DNA from: a bacterium | Lineage (GTDB): Bacteria > RBG-13-61-14 > DATKZS01 | Direction: 5' to 3' | Assembly (NCBI GenBank): GCA_963674965.2 | Contig: CAXXFL010000006.1 | Location: forward strand, 288,001 to 352,000 | Length of the DNA: 64,000 nt | In this document: one piece after another, positions 39,390-48,586 of the stretch | How positions within the stretch are numbered: position 1 is the first letter of the stretch | How the letters are laid out: each line of letters begins with the position of its first letter | The notes under the pieces: generated by a model | What the model saw: the letters and a program-made list of their open reading frames with translations, nothing else | What the model was told of the DNA's origin: nothing | Database searches by the model: none | Translations under genes and position numbers: made by a program

Positions 39390-40358
39390 TTACTCACTAA
39401 CTGTCACTATATCACCAAAGCTCCTAATCCATGCTCTGATTTCCTCCGAGTCCGACACCTTCATGGTAAGCGTCACCGAGCCGTTCTTGTGAACTTTGCA
39501 CTTCTGCGACCGGTGCCACTGGCGGGAACATATGTAGTCGCAGAGCTCGGGCGGGAACTTGAGCTTGAAGGTCTTTTTCTCGCCGGTCGAGAAGATGCCA
39601 AAAGCCCCGTCGAGCAACTGCTCCGGATGGTACTTGGCCGGGTAGTCGAACTTCTCTTGAGTTACTTCAACCTCCCGGAGCCGCTCAATGTTGTAATAGA
39701 CGGGGCGCTCGTGATTCAACGTGCGGGCGACGAGATAGAGACCGCCCTTGTGGTACAGCAGCGTTAGAGGCTGGACAGTGTAGTCGCAAGGATCACACCC
39801 GCCGGGCTTGTAGTGGATATTGATGACATTCTGGTAGACGATGGCTTTGATCACGTCCGAGAGCATTTCGTCATGACCCGAGTAATCCTTGGGTGCCCAA
39901 GGCGCTGAGAAGAACTTTCTCGGCAGGTCCTTGATAAGGCCCCGGTGGGCACTGGTCAGCTTTTGCTCGACTTCCCTGAGCACGTCGTCAACCAGGTCCA
40001 CGAACAGGTTGTTGACCCCGAGCATCTTGAAAATCTCAAGCGACAGGTAGACCGAAATAAGCTGGTAGATGTTCGCCTGTGATTTGTCGTCGTACTTGGA
40101 CCGGCGCACTAGCCATTCCTCCCCGCCTTGTTTCTCCACCATGAACTGCGGGTCATCATGCTCCGTCACAAACTCCTCATTCAGGGCCTTGACGTAGCGC
40201 TTGACCGTCTGTTCGCTCACGCCCAGGCTATCGGCCACGGTCGCCAGTCTTTTGCCCAGCCCATGCCTTGGCATCTCGTCCACCAGCCGGGCCATGCGGA
40301 CCGCTGACGGATAGGTGGCCTTCCTGTATCCCTTGCCCTTACTTTTAATCTTCGCCAT
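39390..40358 (-). CDS. WYL-domain transcriptional regulator (wHTH-WYL-WCX)
   Basis: LGVSEQTVKRYVKAL HTH; VQPLTL...LYLVA...YNIERL; WIRSFG; RBS GAGGAGG. Confidence 0.9.
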   Translation of the reverse strand: MAKIKSKGKGYRKATYPSAVRMARLVDEMPRHGLGKRLATVADSLGVSEQTVKRYVKALNEEFVTEHDDPQFMVEKQGGEEWLVRRSKYDDKSQANIYQLISVYLSLEIFKMLGVNNLFVDLVDDVLREVEQKLTSAHRGLIKDLPRKFFSAPWAPKDYSGHDEMLSDVIKAIVYQNVINIHYKPGGCDPCDYTVQPLTLLYHKGGLYLVARTLNHERPVYYNIERLREVEVTQEKFDYPAKYHPEQLLDGAFGIFSTGEKKTFKLKFPPELCDYICSRQWHRSQKCKVHKNGSVTLTMKVSDSEEIRAWIRSFGDIVTVSE

Positions 40359-40410
40359 CCTGCATCCTCCTCGTTCGCTTCCGCTATTAATACTATTATA
40401 CACACAGCCA

Positions 40411-40425
40411 AATCAACGGCTGATT
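40411..40425. promoter_or_regulatory. Palindromic operator candidate upstream of the WYL gene
   Basis: AATCAACGGCTGATT, one mismatch from the perfect palindrome at 48127-48141; near a minus-strand TATAAT. Confidence 0.6.
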
Positions 40426-40535
40426 CAATAGGCTGTTATCTTGGCTTTTAATAAGCAAGCATGAGAAAAGGTTTTACTTAGCACGAGTAAGAGTAGTAAG
40501 CTGGCTAGATGCTGATATATTCGGATGGTGGTAGG

Positions 40536-41207
40536 TCAGTCTTTATGGTGCGTGACCTTGGTACCGTCAATGTATACTTCTCGACCACACGGGCAGATGT
40601 AGGAGTCTGCTATATTGGGAATGCCATAGGTCACGCCCAAAATTGGGCATTTGAAAACTTTATGCCCACCGAAGAGGTAGTCATAGCCAAGGTCATTGCA
40701 ATCCTTTAGGACAAAATCACTTCTAATTATCTTCTGTCCAGCATCCAAGATGCACTTCATTTTCTTATAGACTCCGGGGCGGGATCGGAAGGAACTGATG
40801 TTTCCTCTTTTCATGACGACCACAGCAAATGTGTCGGCAAAATCTTCTTCACTATCGAACCAAGCGTACCAGGAAATCCATTTGTTATCATCTAATATCA
40901 AATCGGGGTGATTTCTCCGATAATCCGCCAATTCGTTCCAAGGGTCCTCAAATCGCTTCTGATACTTAAAAAAGGAACGGTAGCCTCTTAAGGGCTTTTT
41001 CCTGCACCAGTAATCCTGGAAGGCATGTCCCATCTCGTGTGCTATCAGCTTTTCGGTGGTTCTGTTATTTATCATCGCCTTGAATAGACCTAATGGACCC
41101 TCAAGCTCATTCAGATTCCAAGCTACATCAACCCGTCCGGTTGCGCTGTTAAGGCTGGCAGCCGTTCTTGGCAGGGACAATGAGCAATGGACACCCGAGG
41201 AAATCAA
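40536..41207 (-). CDS. HExxH zinc metallopeptidase-like protein (start uncertain, may be 5'-damaged)
   Basis: AHEMGHA, SWYA...EEDFADTFA; C-terminal CP..CPC; no ATG start. Confidence 0.6.
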   Translation of the reverse strand: MISSGVHCSLSLPRTAASLNSATGRVDVAWNLNELEGPLGLFKAMINNRTTEKLIAHEMGHAFQDYWCRKKPLRGYRSFFKYQKRFEDPWNELADYRRNHPDLILDDNKWISWYAWFDSEEDFADTFAVVVMKRGNISSFRSRPGVYKKMKCILDAGQKIIRSDFVLKDCNDLGYDYLFGGHKVFKCPILGVTYGIPNIADSYICPCGREVYIDGTKVTHHKD

Positions 41208-41288
41208 ACAAAGGGCTTTGACAATTACTGAATGGTCGGTATCAACAAGATGGAATCTGGATGCTATCCTGCCGGAGTTTCTTTAGCT

Positions 41289-42257
41289 TTAACCAAGCCA
41301 GAATTTGGGATGATCAAAATCATGCTCTTTCAATAAGGTGCGGAGTTTATTTAAGTGGTTTATCCGGCCATTCTCCAATTCCTTTTTAGTGCCAATAATT
41401 AATAGTTCTGGTTGTTTCCTAAGACGAAGGCTATTTTGACATAGTTCTAGTATTTTTATCCCTTGAATGTTTTGGAATGATGTAAAGAATTTTTCTGGAA
41501 AAGCTTTTTGATGGATAAAATGCAAATAATTGGCGGCAACCAATTTGTAGGTTTCGATTATTTGGGATTCGTGCTGCAGAAATTCTCTGTAATGAATCAT
41601 CTGGGCAATTATCTCTGGTGGACTGTCCTTTTCTGCCTTGAGTCTAGAGTCCCTAACTAATTTTACTTCTGTAAGAACCAGATAAGGTAATCCATCAACC
41701 ATTTCAATACGGGCTAAATCGATCCTGTCTGCAACATATTTTCTTCCAGTCACTGATTTTATCCGTTCGTCTTCGGTTCTTCCACGCCGAAATGCAATTT
41801 CTAGATCGATCAAAAAAATATCTTTGTTTTTGAACATTGCACCAAGATATTTTTGAATACTTTCTTTCTCGCCAGAGATATGTCTTTGAGAAATGTACGC
41901 AAATGGATTCTCTAAGAGACCTGAAAATCTCCAACCACTTTGAGAAACCAAATCATTGCCATCATTCGAGAGCTTTAATTTAATATAGGGGTCCTTTCCT
42001 TCAAACTGATCGGCTTCACTGGCCAAATCTGTGTACTTGTAATGAATTCTAAACGGAGACTTTGAGTTGGGATGGTATCTAAGGACAGAGCAACCTTTCC
42101 AGTAGATATTGATGTAATTGTCCCTAATGCATATCTGATAATTATGAATCCCTTCAGCAAGTAATTTCTGCGCAATTAAGGTTTTAAAGAAAATATTGGC
42201 CCTCTCAAGAACTTTTGGATTCATACCCCTTTTAAAGGAAAATTCAGTGGCTTTCAT
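41289..42257 (-). CDS. Hypothetical protein with PD-(D/E)xK nuclease-like motif
   Basis: DLE...RIDL...LTEVKL..DSRL...QMIHY; RBS GGAGG; visibly AT-rich. Confidence 0.65.
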   Translation of the reverse strand: MKATEFSFKRGMNPKVLERANIFFKTLIAQKLLAEGIHNYQICIRDNYINIYWKGCSVLRYHPNSKSPFRIHYKYTDLASEADQFEGKDPYIKLKLSNDGNDLVSQSGWRFSGLLENPFAYISQRHISGEKESIQKYLGAMFKNKDIFLIDLEIAFRRGRTEDERIKSVTGRKYVADRIDLARIEMVDGLPYLVLTEVKLVRDSRLKAEKDSPPEIIAQMIHYREFLQHESQIIETYKLVAANYLHFIHQKAFPEKFFTSFQNIQGIKILELCQNSLRLRKQPELLIIGTKKELENGRINHLNKLRTLLKEHDFDHPKFWLG

Positions 42258-42856
42258 GAGAATAAACCTCCGTTTCTAAAACATAACATACTATCCAAAT
42301 ACAGTGAGAAAAGTATCATATCAACAAGTGTCCATCATCGGCATTTGATACATTTTTGAAAAATTTCTCGAAATGATCTGCGCTCTCCGTATGGACAGGA
42401 ACAAGCTTGCGTGCATTGATGGCCTCTGCAAACACTTTGAGCTGGTCGAGGTTCGCATGGCCGCTGGTATGAATGTAGTGGAATTTGATGGCTTTATCAT
42501 CTTGGAAGCCCGCCATCATTTCGGCCCCCTGCATACTTTCCCAACGACTTGGGTCAAGGTAACCGCGCCATTGTGAATAGATGATGTTGACCGGATGTTC
42601 TTTTCTGTTTCTGTAGGCGTCAACAACTTTGGCCCCAGACGTTCTTATCACGCTCAGGTAATTCTCGGGCCTTTTGTATATCTGGTTTTTATTTATCGCC
42701 CTTCTCTCGGATCGCTCCCAAAAGTCCCCGAAATATTCAGGATTAGCCTCGACCAAAGCAGGCGGCGTACCAGAAGACAAGACCCGCCCCTCTGTGCCAA
42801 CGTAGATGAGACACTTCCCCTATGTTAAATTACTGTAGGGCGGGGGAGGTATTAGG

Positions 42857-43396
42857 ATGTATAGAGAGATGGATGAAGACAGGAAGAAGGCAGGGATTGT
42901 TGGGGAGACGGAGGGAGCCCGTAGGGCGACCGGAGTCTCCCCAACCGGGACGGCCGAGCCGGAGGACACTCCTGCCAAGCGGCCCGAGCGGGTGGGGGCG
43001 CCGATCATTCTTCCCGAGCCGGAGGTCCCGGAAAAGCCCGCCCGGCGGCGCTTCACCGCGGCTTACAAGCTCGCAATCCTCGGGAAGGCCGACGCCTGCT
43101 CGGGGCATGGCGAGGTCGGCGCCCTGCTGCGCCGGGAGGGCCTTTATTCGTCGCACCTGACGGCCTGGCGCAAGCAGCGGGACGAGGGGGCCTTGAAAGC
43201 GCTTTCGCCCGTAAAGCGGGGCCGCAAGCCCAAGGCCAAAAACCCGCTGGCCGATGAAGTGGCCCGCCTCGAGCGCGAGAACCGGAAGCTCCAAAAGCGG
43301 CTCGAACAGGCCGAGATGATAATCGACTTCCAAAAAAAAGTTGCCGATCTGCTGGGGATACCCCTGGCCAAGCCGCCCGGCGAAGAGAGCGAATGA
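42857..43396 (+). CDS. IS3 OrfA
   Basis: RRRFTAAYKLAIL, LLRREGLYSSHLTAWR, coiled-coil tail. Confidence 0.88.
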   Translation: MYREMDEDRKKAGIVGETEGARRATGVSPTGTAEPEDTPAKRPERVGAPIILPEPEVPEKPARRRFTAAYKLAILGKADACSGHGEVGALLRREGLYSSHLTAWRKQRDEGALKALSPVKRGRKPKAKNPLADEVARLERENRKLQKRLEQAEMIIDFQKKVADLLGIPLAKPPGEESE

Positions 43397-44409
43397 TGGA
43401 ATCGGCAAGCACGGCCGCTCCCCGGGTCGGCGCCAAGGCCGCCTGCGAGGCCCTGGGCCTGTCGCGAGCAACGTTTAATCGTCGCGCTAAAATTCCCTTC
43501 GGGCCTCCGCCGCCGAGGCGCGCGGCCAAGCCGGCAAGGTCGTTGAGCGAGGACGAGCGGCGCCGGGTGCTGGACGAACTCCACTCCGAGCGCTTTGCCG
43601 ACAAGGCCCCCCGCGAGGTCTGGGCAACGCTCCTGGACGAGGGGACATGGCTGTGCTCGGTCCGCACCATGTACCGCGTCCTCGACTCGGAAAAGGAAGT
43701 CCGGGAGCGGCGCAACCAACTCCGGCGTCCCCGATACAAAAAACCCGAGTTGCTGGCCGAGGCCCCCAACCAGGTCTGGTCCTGGGACGTCACCAAACTC
43801 AAGGGACCGGCCAAATGGACCTGCTACCAACTCTACGTGATCATGGACATCTTCAGCCGCTGCGTGGTGGGATGGATGATCGCCGGACGCGAAAGCGCGG
43901 AGCTGGCCCGCCGCCTGATCGGGGACAGCATCCGAAAACAGGGGATCGAGCCGGGACAACTCACCATCCACGCCGACCGGGGGAGTTCGATGAAATCAAA
44001 GCCGGTGGCCTTCTTGATGGCCGACCTGGGCGTGACCAAGAGCCACTCGCGGCCCCACGTGTCCGACGACAACCCCTACTCGGAAAGCCAGTTCAAGACC
44101 ATGAAGTACCGGCCCGAGTTCCCGAGCCGGTTCGGCTCCATCGAGGACGCCAGGGCCTTTTGCGTGAAGTTTTTCGATTGGTACAACCGCGAGCATCGGC
44201 ACACCGGGATCGGCCTGATGACGCCCGAGATGGTCCATTACGGAATGGCGAGCGAGATCGTGGCCGCCAGGCAAAAAACGCTCGACCACGCCTATGAAAA
44301 AAAACCGGAGCGCTTCGTGAAAAGACCGCCGACGGCGCCGGAGTTGCCCGGCAAAGCGTGGATCAACCCACCGGCGAAACCGGAGGAAATAAACAGTTTG
44401 CCACACTAA
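43393..44409 (+). CDS. IS3 OrfB DDE transposase
   Basis: WSWDVT, HADRG, DDNPYSES, WYNREHRHTGIG. Confidence 0.92.
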   Translation: MMESASTAAPRVGAKAACEALGLSRATFNRRAKIPFGPPPPRRAAKPARSLSEDERRRVLDELHSERFADKAPREVWATLLDEGTWLCSVRTMYRVLDSEKEVRERRNQLRRPRYKKPELLAEAPNQVWSWDVTKLKGPAKWTCYQLYVIMDIFSRCVVGWMIAGRESAELARRLIGDSIRKQGIEPGQLTIHADRGSSMKSKPVAFLMADLGVTKSHSRPHVSDDNPYSESQFKTMKYRPEFPSRFGSIEDARAFCVKFFDWYNREHRHTGIGLMTPEMVHYGMASEIVAARQKTLDHAYEKKPERFVKRPPTAPELPGKAWINPPAKPEEINSLPH

Positions 44410-45268
44410 ATTCAGGAAAGGCGTGTCTCATTTTGCTTGACACATTCCGCGCATCCATTTCCATTCCATGCTCGGGACACCATCCGTCTTGAGCTTCATC
44501 TGCTCCAGAATCCAGGCGGTGTAGAGGTCGAGCACCATGGTCTTCTTGGCATCACGACAAGCCTTCCATGCGACAGTGAGCCTGTCCACATTCTGCCCCG
44601 AACAGACCAGGAAAGAAATATTCTTCTGGTCCTTGATGATGTTGTAAATTTCCCTGCCGATCTTTTCTTCGGTCTTTGCCGCGTTTCCGTCCCGACCGAT
44701 GTTGGTGCCTTCCATGATAAGGACATCTATGTCCTTGGGCGGGCGCTTCACAATCCGGTCAAAGAGCTTTCCCTTCTTGCCGTGGGAACGAAAGTCGCCG
44801 GAGTAGAAGACCCGCTTGCCTCCGGCCTCGACCAGAAAGGCAAAGGACTCCGGGGATGAGTGGTCCACAAGATAGGGAGTGATGGTAAAGCCGGCCACCT
44901 TGAATGGCTTCCGGTCGTCAATGTACTTGAACTCGCGGGACATAGGATCTCCCTTCCTGAAAATGCGAACCGCGTCGATCAGCCTCCTTCCGATCTCGCC
45001 TATGTAAATGGGCACGCCGGGAGCCAGTTCTTCCATCCGACCATAGTGGTCCTGGTGCGGGTGACTGATGATGAGGGCCTCCGGTTTGAAGCCCGTCAGG
45101 TCCACAGGCTTGGATTCGGGAGCAAGGGGCATCCCCAGTTCAAGCAGGATTGACCTTCCTGCATGAGAAAGTTCGATGCAGGTCCCGCCGATCTCATGAG
45201 AGCCTTTATGTATCTTGATCTTCATTGCAGCACTCTGCCCATAGTTTAGTCTTTCCGGAGTCGCGAAT

Positions 45269-47626
45269 TCAACCATGGGTCTCCATCCGCTCGTTGGCCC
45301 TCCTGAACTCATCAGGGTAGTTGGCCTTGAGGAATGCGCATCGGTAGGTGATTAGCGAGTAGGCCACAGCATGAGCCTTGTTGAAGGTAAATGAGATAAA
45401 AGCCCGAATTTCCTCAAGCAGGCCTTCCGCTTCATCTGTTGATAGCCCATTAGCCACCGCCCCGGTGATGAATCCATCCTCCAGATCAGACCTCTCGGGA
45501 AGTCGCTTAACGAGTTTCATTCTTAATGCATCGGCCTCCATGATGGACATGCCACCGATATCCATGCAGACTCTCAATACCTGCTCCTGGTAGACCCAAA
45601 CGCCATAGGTCTCGCTCAGGATTGGAGCAAGCTGCGGGACTGAGAAGTCAATGATGGCACTGTCATGCTTGGATGCGATCATTTGGTCCATAAAGCCTTG
45701 AGCCAACGGGCCGGGCCGATACTGCGCCATGACCGCGGCCAGGTCAGAGAAGCAATCCGGCTTCATCCTTGTCAACACCGACTTTGATCCCTCGCTTTCA
45801 AATTGAAACACGCCATCAGTGTCCCCCGCGCCAAGCAGTTCGTAGGCTCTACGGTCATTAAGCGGCAGCCTGCTGAGATTCAATTCAATGCCTTTCGTTC
45901 TGAGATCATCAAGGCAATAGCCAAACATGGTGACGGTCTTCAAACCGAGAATGTCAAACCTGACCAGTCCAAGACGCTCAACATCCTTCATGTCCACATG
46001 CACAATTGATTCCTGTCCACCACTAATATCTACTGGGGCGAGACTCTCCAATGACACATCCGAGACGACTACGCCAGCGGCATGCGTTGAACTATGTCGC
46101 AGTAGGCCTTCCAACTTCTCGGCAATTTTAAACAGATGATCGTATTTTGAATCTGTCTTTATCAAACGGGCCAATTCGGGAACTTCTTCCCGTGCTTCAC
46201 TCAGGTAGCTGTGAGGGGGGACCAGTCGTACTATCCTGTCGATTTCCTCTTGCCCTAATTTGAGGATTCTACCAATATCTCGTATAGCGGCCTTTGCTTT
46301 CATGGTTCCGAATGTGAGTATCTTGGCCACATGTTCTGGTCCTCCGTATTTCTCAATAATGTAGCTGATTACCTCATTCCTTCTTACGTCTCCGACATCA
46401 ACGTCGATGTCAGGAAAAACTGTCCGCTCCGGGTTAAGAAACCGCTCCGCGATGAGGCCGTGAGCCACGGGGTTTACATCGGTGATTCCCAGACAATAGT
46501 TCACTAGGCTGGCCGCCGCCGAGCCTCTGCCCGGGCCGACGGGTATGCTGTTGTCACGAGCCCAGTTCATATAGTCGGCAACTATCAGGAAATAGTCGGC
46601 CAAGTCGTGCTCAAGTATAGTGGCCATCTCATTTTCAAGCTGTCCCAGGTATTGAGGTTCACGAGAGAGGAATTCAGGATCGCTTATTTCAAAGTCCGTC
46701 CTTCTTTCCTTGAATCCTTCAGTAACTTGTTCCCTGAGCAGATCGGATGCACTTTTTCCCGAAGAAGTCCTGAAACTGGGAAGATGAATCTCATTAAGAT
46801 TGAAATCGAAGCAACATCTATCGGCTATCACGAGGCTGTTGTTGAGGGCATTGGGACAGTCAGCAAAAACCTCGGCCATCTCCTGGGCGGAACGAAAGTA
46901 GTAACCGGTCGCCAGGGGCGGGTCGCTCTTGGGAAAATCCGGCCAGGCTTGGCCCGACCTCATATAGAAAAGAACATTGTGGGCATTGGAATCTTCAGGG
47001 TCCAGATAGGCGCAGTAACCGGCGGCGACGACTGGTATGTCCAGTTCTTTGCCGAGCGCGATGAGACGCTTGTTGACCATCGTCTCTCCCGGCAATCCAC
47101 CATTGACCAGTTCGAGGTACAGGCGGTCTCCGAAAACATCCTTGTACCACTGGGCAGCCTGAGGAGCTTCTTCCTCCCTGCCGAATAAAAGTCCCGGCAG
47201 TTCACCATCCAAAAACCAGCCGGAAAGGGCTATCAGGCACTCGTTGTGTTTGGCAATCATCTCCTTTGTGACCAAGCCTGGGAACTGGCCGGAGCCTATG
47301 CTGGCCCTGGTCAAAATTTTGCACAAGTTTCTGTATCCGGCCTCGTTCTGACAGAGCAGTACCAGACTGTGACTTTCCGTCTCGGGATCACTGGCGTCAG
47401 TTGGGGCAACCTCCACCTCGCAGCCAATGATTGGCTTTATCCCGACACGTCTCGCCTCGATATAGAACTTCACAGCACCGGAGAGGGTCATGTAGTCCGT
47501 AATGGCCACGGCTGGCATGTTGAAATCTTTAGCCCGCTCCACCAGGTCCCGGACGCGAATCATGCTCCGAAGAAGGCTGAACTCGGTGCGAACATGAAGG
47601 TGTACGAATGAATTATTAGTGCGCAT
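45269..47626 (-). CDS. dnaE: DNA polymerase III alpha (DnaE)-like protein, C-terminally short, degenerate PHP domain
   Basis: GPGRGSAA, PDIDVD, FDILGL, GVFQFES, YRPGP, YQEQ, FNKAHAVAY; ends shortly after KANYPDEF. Confidence 0.9.
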   Translation of the reverse strand: MRTNNSFVHLHVRTEFSLLRSMIRVRDLVERAKDFNMPAVAITDYMTLSGAVKFYIEARRVGIKPIIGCEVEVAPTDASDPETESHSLVLLCQNEAGYRNLCKILTRASIGSGQFPGLVTKEMIAKHNECLIALSGWFLDGELPGLLFGREEEAPQAAQWYKDVFGDRLYLELVNGGLPGETMVNKRLIALGKELDIPVVAAGYCAYLDPEDSNAHNVLFYMRSGQAWPDFPKSDPPLATGYYFRSAQEMAEVFADCPNALNNSLVIADRCCFDFNLNEIHLPSFRTSSGKSASDLLREQVTEGFKERRTDFEISDPEFLSREPQYLGQLENEMATILEHDLADYFLIVADYMNWARDNSIPVGPGRGSAAASLVNYCLGITDVNPVAHGLIAERFLNPERTVFPDIDVDVGDVRRNEVISYIIEKYGGPEHVAKILTFGTMKAKAAIRDIGRILKLGQEEIDRIVRLVPPHSYLSEAREEVPELARLIKTDSKYDHLFKIAEKLEGLLRHSSTHAAGVVVSDVSLESLAPVDISGGQESIVHVDMKDVERLGLVRFDILGLKTVTMFGYCLDDLRTKGIELNLSRLPLNDRRAYELLGAGDTDGVFQFESEGSKSVLTRMKPDCFSDLAAVMAQYRPGPLAQGFMDQMIASKHDSAIIDFSVPQLAPILSETYGVWVYQEQVLRVCMDIGGMSIMEADALRMKLVKRLPERSDLEDGFITGAVANGLSTDEAEGLLEEIRAFISFTFNKAHAVAYSLITYRCAFLKANYPDEFRRANERMETHG

Positions 47627-48077
47627 GAATCCGCTCCCCAGGCTGGACAATCGCCTTGATTCCCCGGTCCATGAACTCCTCGAAATCTTCGAGGTTGCCG
47701 CTGAACTTTTCGCCGGACATCTTCTCCACCTGGGTGACTATGGACTCGATGATTTCCGGTACGTCCATCATTGTAGTGGGGTCGGGCATGAAGTAGGAAC
47801 CAGTGGTCCACCTGCTGACGCGATTGAACCAGCACAGCAATCTCCGAGGCAGAGCGTTAAGAATCCTCACCCAGAAAGGAGGAATCTGGCCGACATTCGC
47901 CTCGTCTTCAAACTTGACGACCGTTACCTTGACCCATCTGTTCATATTGAGAACTACGTCGCACTTTCCGCAATAGAGGAAATGGAAGGCTTTGGCCGGG
48001 TCGGACTCAAGCACGTATTGTTGAATCCCGACCATGACCTCTTCTTCGCACTTCGGACAGAATGCATACACCCCCAT
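47616..48077 (-). CDS. Small zinc-ribbon protein
   Basis: CPKC...CGKC; RBS AAAGGAG; overlaps the dnaE start. Confidence 0.7.
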   Translation of the reverse strand: MGVYAFCPKCEEEVMVGIQQYVLESDPAKAFHFLYCGKCDVVLNMNRWVKVTVVKFEDEANVGQIPPFWVRILNALPRRLLCWFNRVSRWTTGSYFMPDPTTMMDVPEIIESIVTQVEKMSGEKFSGNLEDFEEFMDRGIKAIVQPGERIHAH

Positions 48078-48126
48078 TGACTTGCTCCTTTGCAATGGTT
48101 TTTCTTCTAATAATACAACTAGGGTA

Positions 48127-48141
48127 AATCAACGGTTGATT
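48127..48141. promoter_or_regulatory. Perfect 7-1-7 palindrome upstream of the Zn-ribbon/dnaE operon
   Basis: AATCAAC-G-GTTGATT, followed by GGCTGTT as at the 40411 site. Confidence 0.65.
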
Positions 48142-48211
48142 GGCTGTTTGGTCCTTTGATAGGGGCCAGGAAGCGTGAGTATAATGGCTTTGGGCCGAGG
48201 AATATGTGAGC

Positions 48212-48524
48212 ATTCGGAAAGACAGCTTCCAACCTAAGCAAAAGAGTCGGCCAACACCTGATGCTTCTTGGTAGCGATGGTCTTATTCTGAAGCACACCG
48301 GCGGCGCGAAGAAGCTGAAGGCTCCAACAACCAGCTGCCAACTCCGGGCCGGCATCGAGCATCTATTCACGAGCCACACCAATACCCGCGCCCTGATTCT
48401 TGAGAATGTAGGGCTGTCATATGTGGTTCTTAACGGCGATGACCACGCCGCGAATCGGTTTTACTTGGAAGATATGGCCATCGGTTTGATGCGTCCCGCC
48501 TTGAATGTCGATATTGAGAGGTAG
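48212..48524 (+). pseudogene. C-terminal remnant of a GIY-YIG-like nuclease
   Basis: Frame FGKTASNLSKRVGQHL...RFYLEDMAIGLMRPALN; 5' part absent. Confidence 0.45.
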
Positions 48525-48586
48525 ATGGCCTAGGCTCCCACCTTGTCTGGAAGGCAACGTATTAAGGACGATTCATTGCCTTCGGG

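Larger units (their letters stand above)
42788..44449 (+). mobile_element. IS3-family element, copy 1 (1662 bp)
   Basis: CCCTC-TGTGCCAA...TTGACACA-TTCCG; 3-bp DR CGC; orfA 42857-43396, orfB 43393-44409, A8G slippery site. Confidence 0.95.
42316..45225 (-). pseudogene. RNase J-like metallo-beta-lactamase/beta-CASP nuclease interrupted by IS3
   Basis: EIGGTCIE, HPHQDH, DHS, GDFRSHG, MEGT in the 5' half; HTSGHA, PVH in the 3' half; removing the IS and one DR restores ...WKWMRVLSSG... (414 aa). Confidence 0.9.

Noticed and set aside
45269-47626. dnaE as the host replicative polymerase or an imuABC DnaE2
   Set aside because: Lacks the C-terminal replisome-interaction regions, has no imuA/imuB neighbours and sits inside an island.
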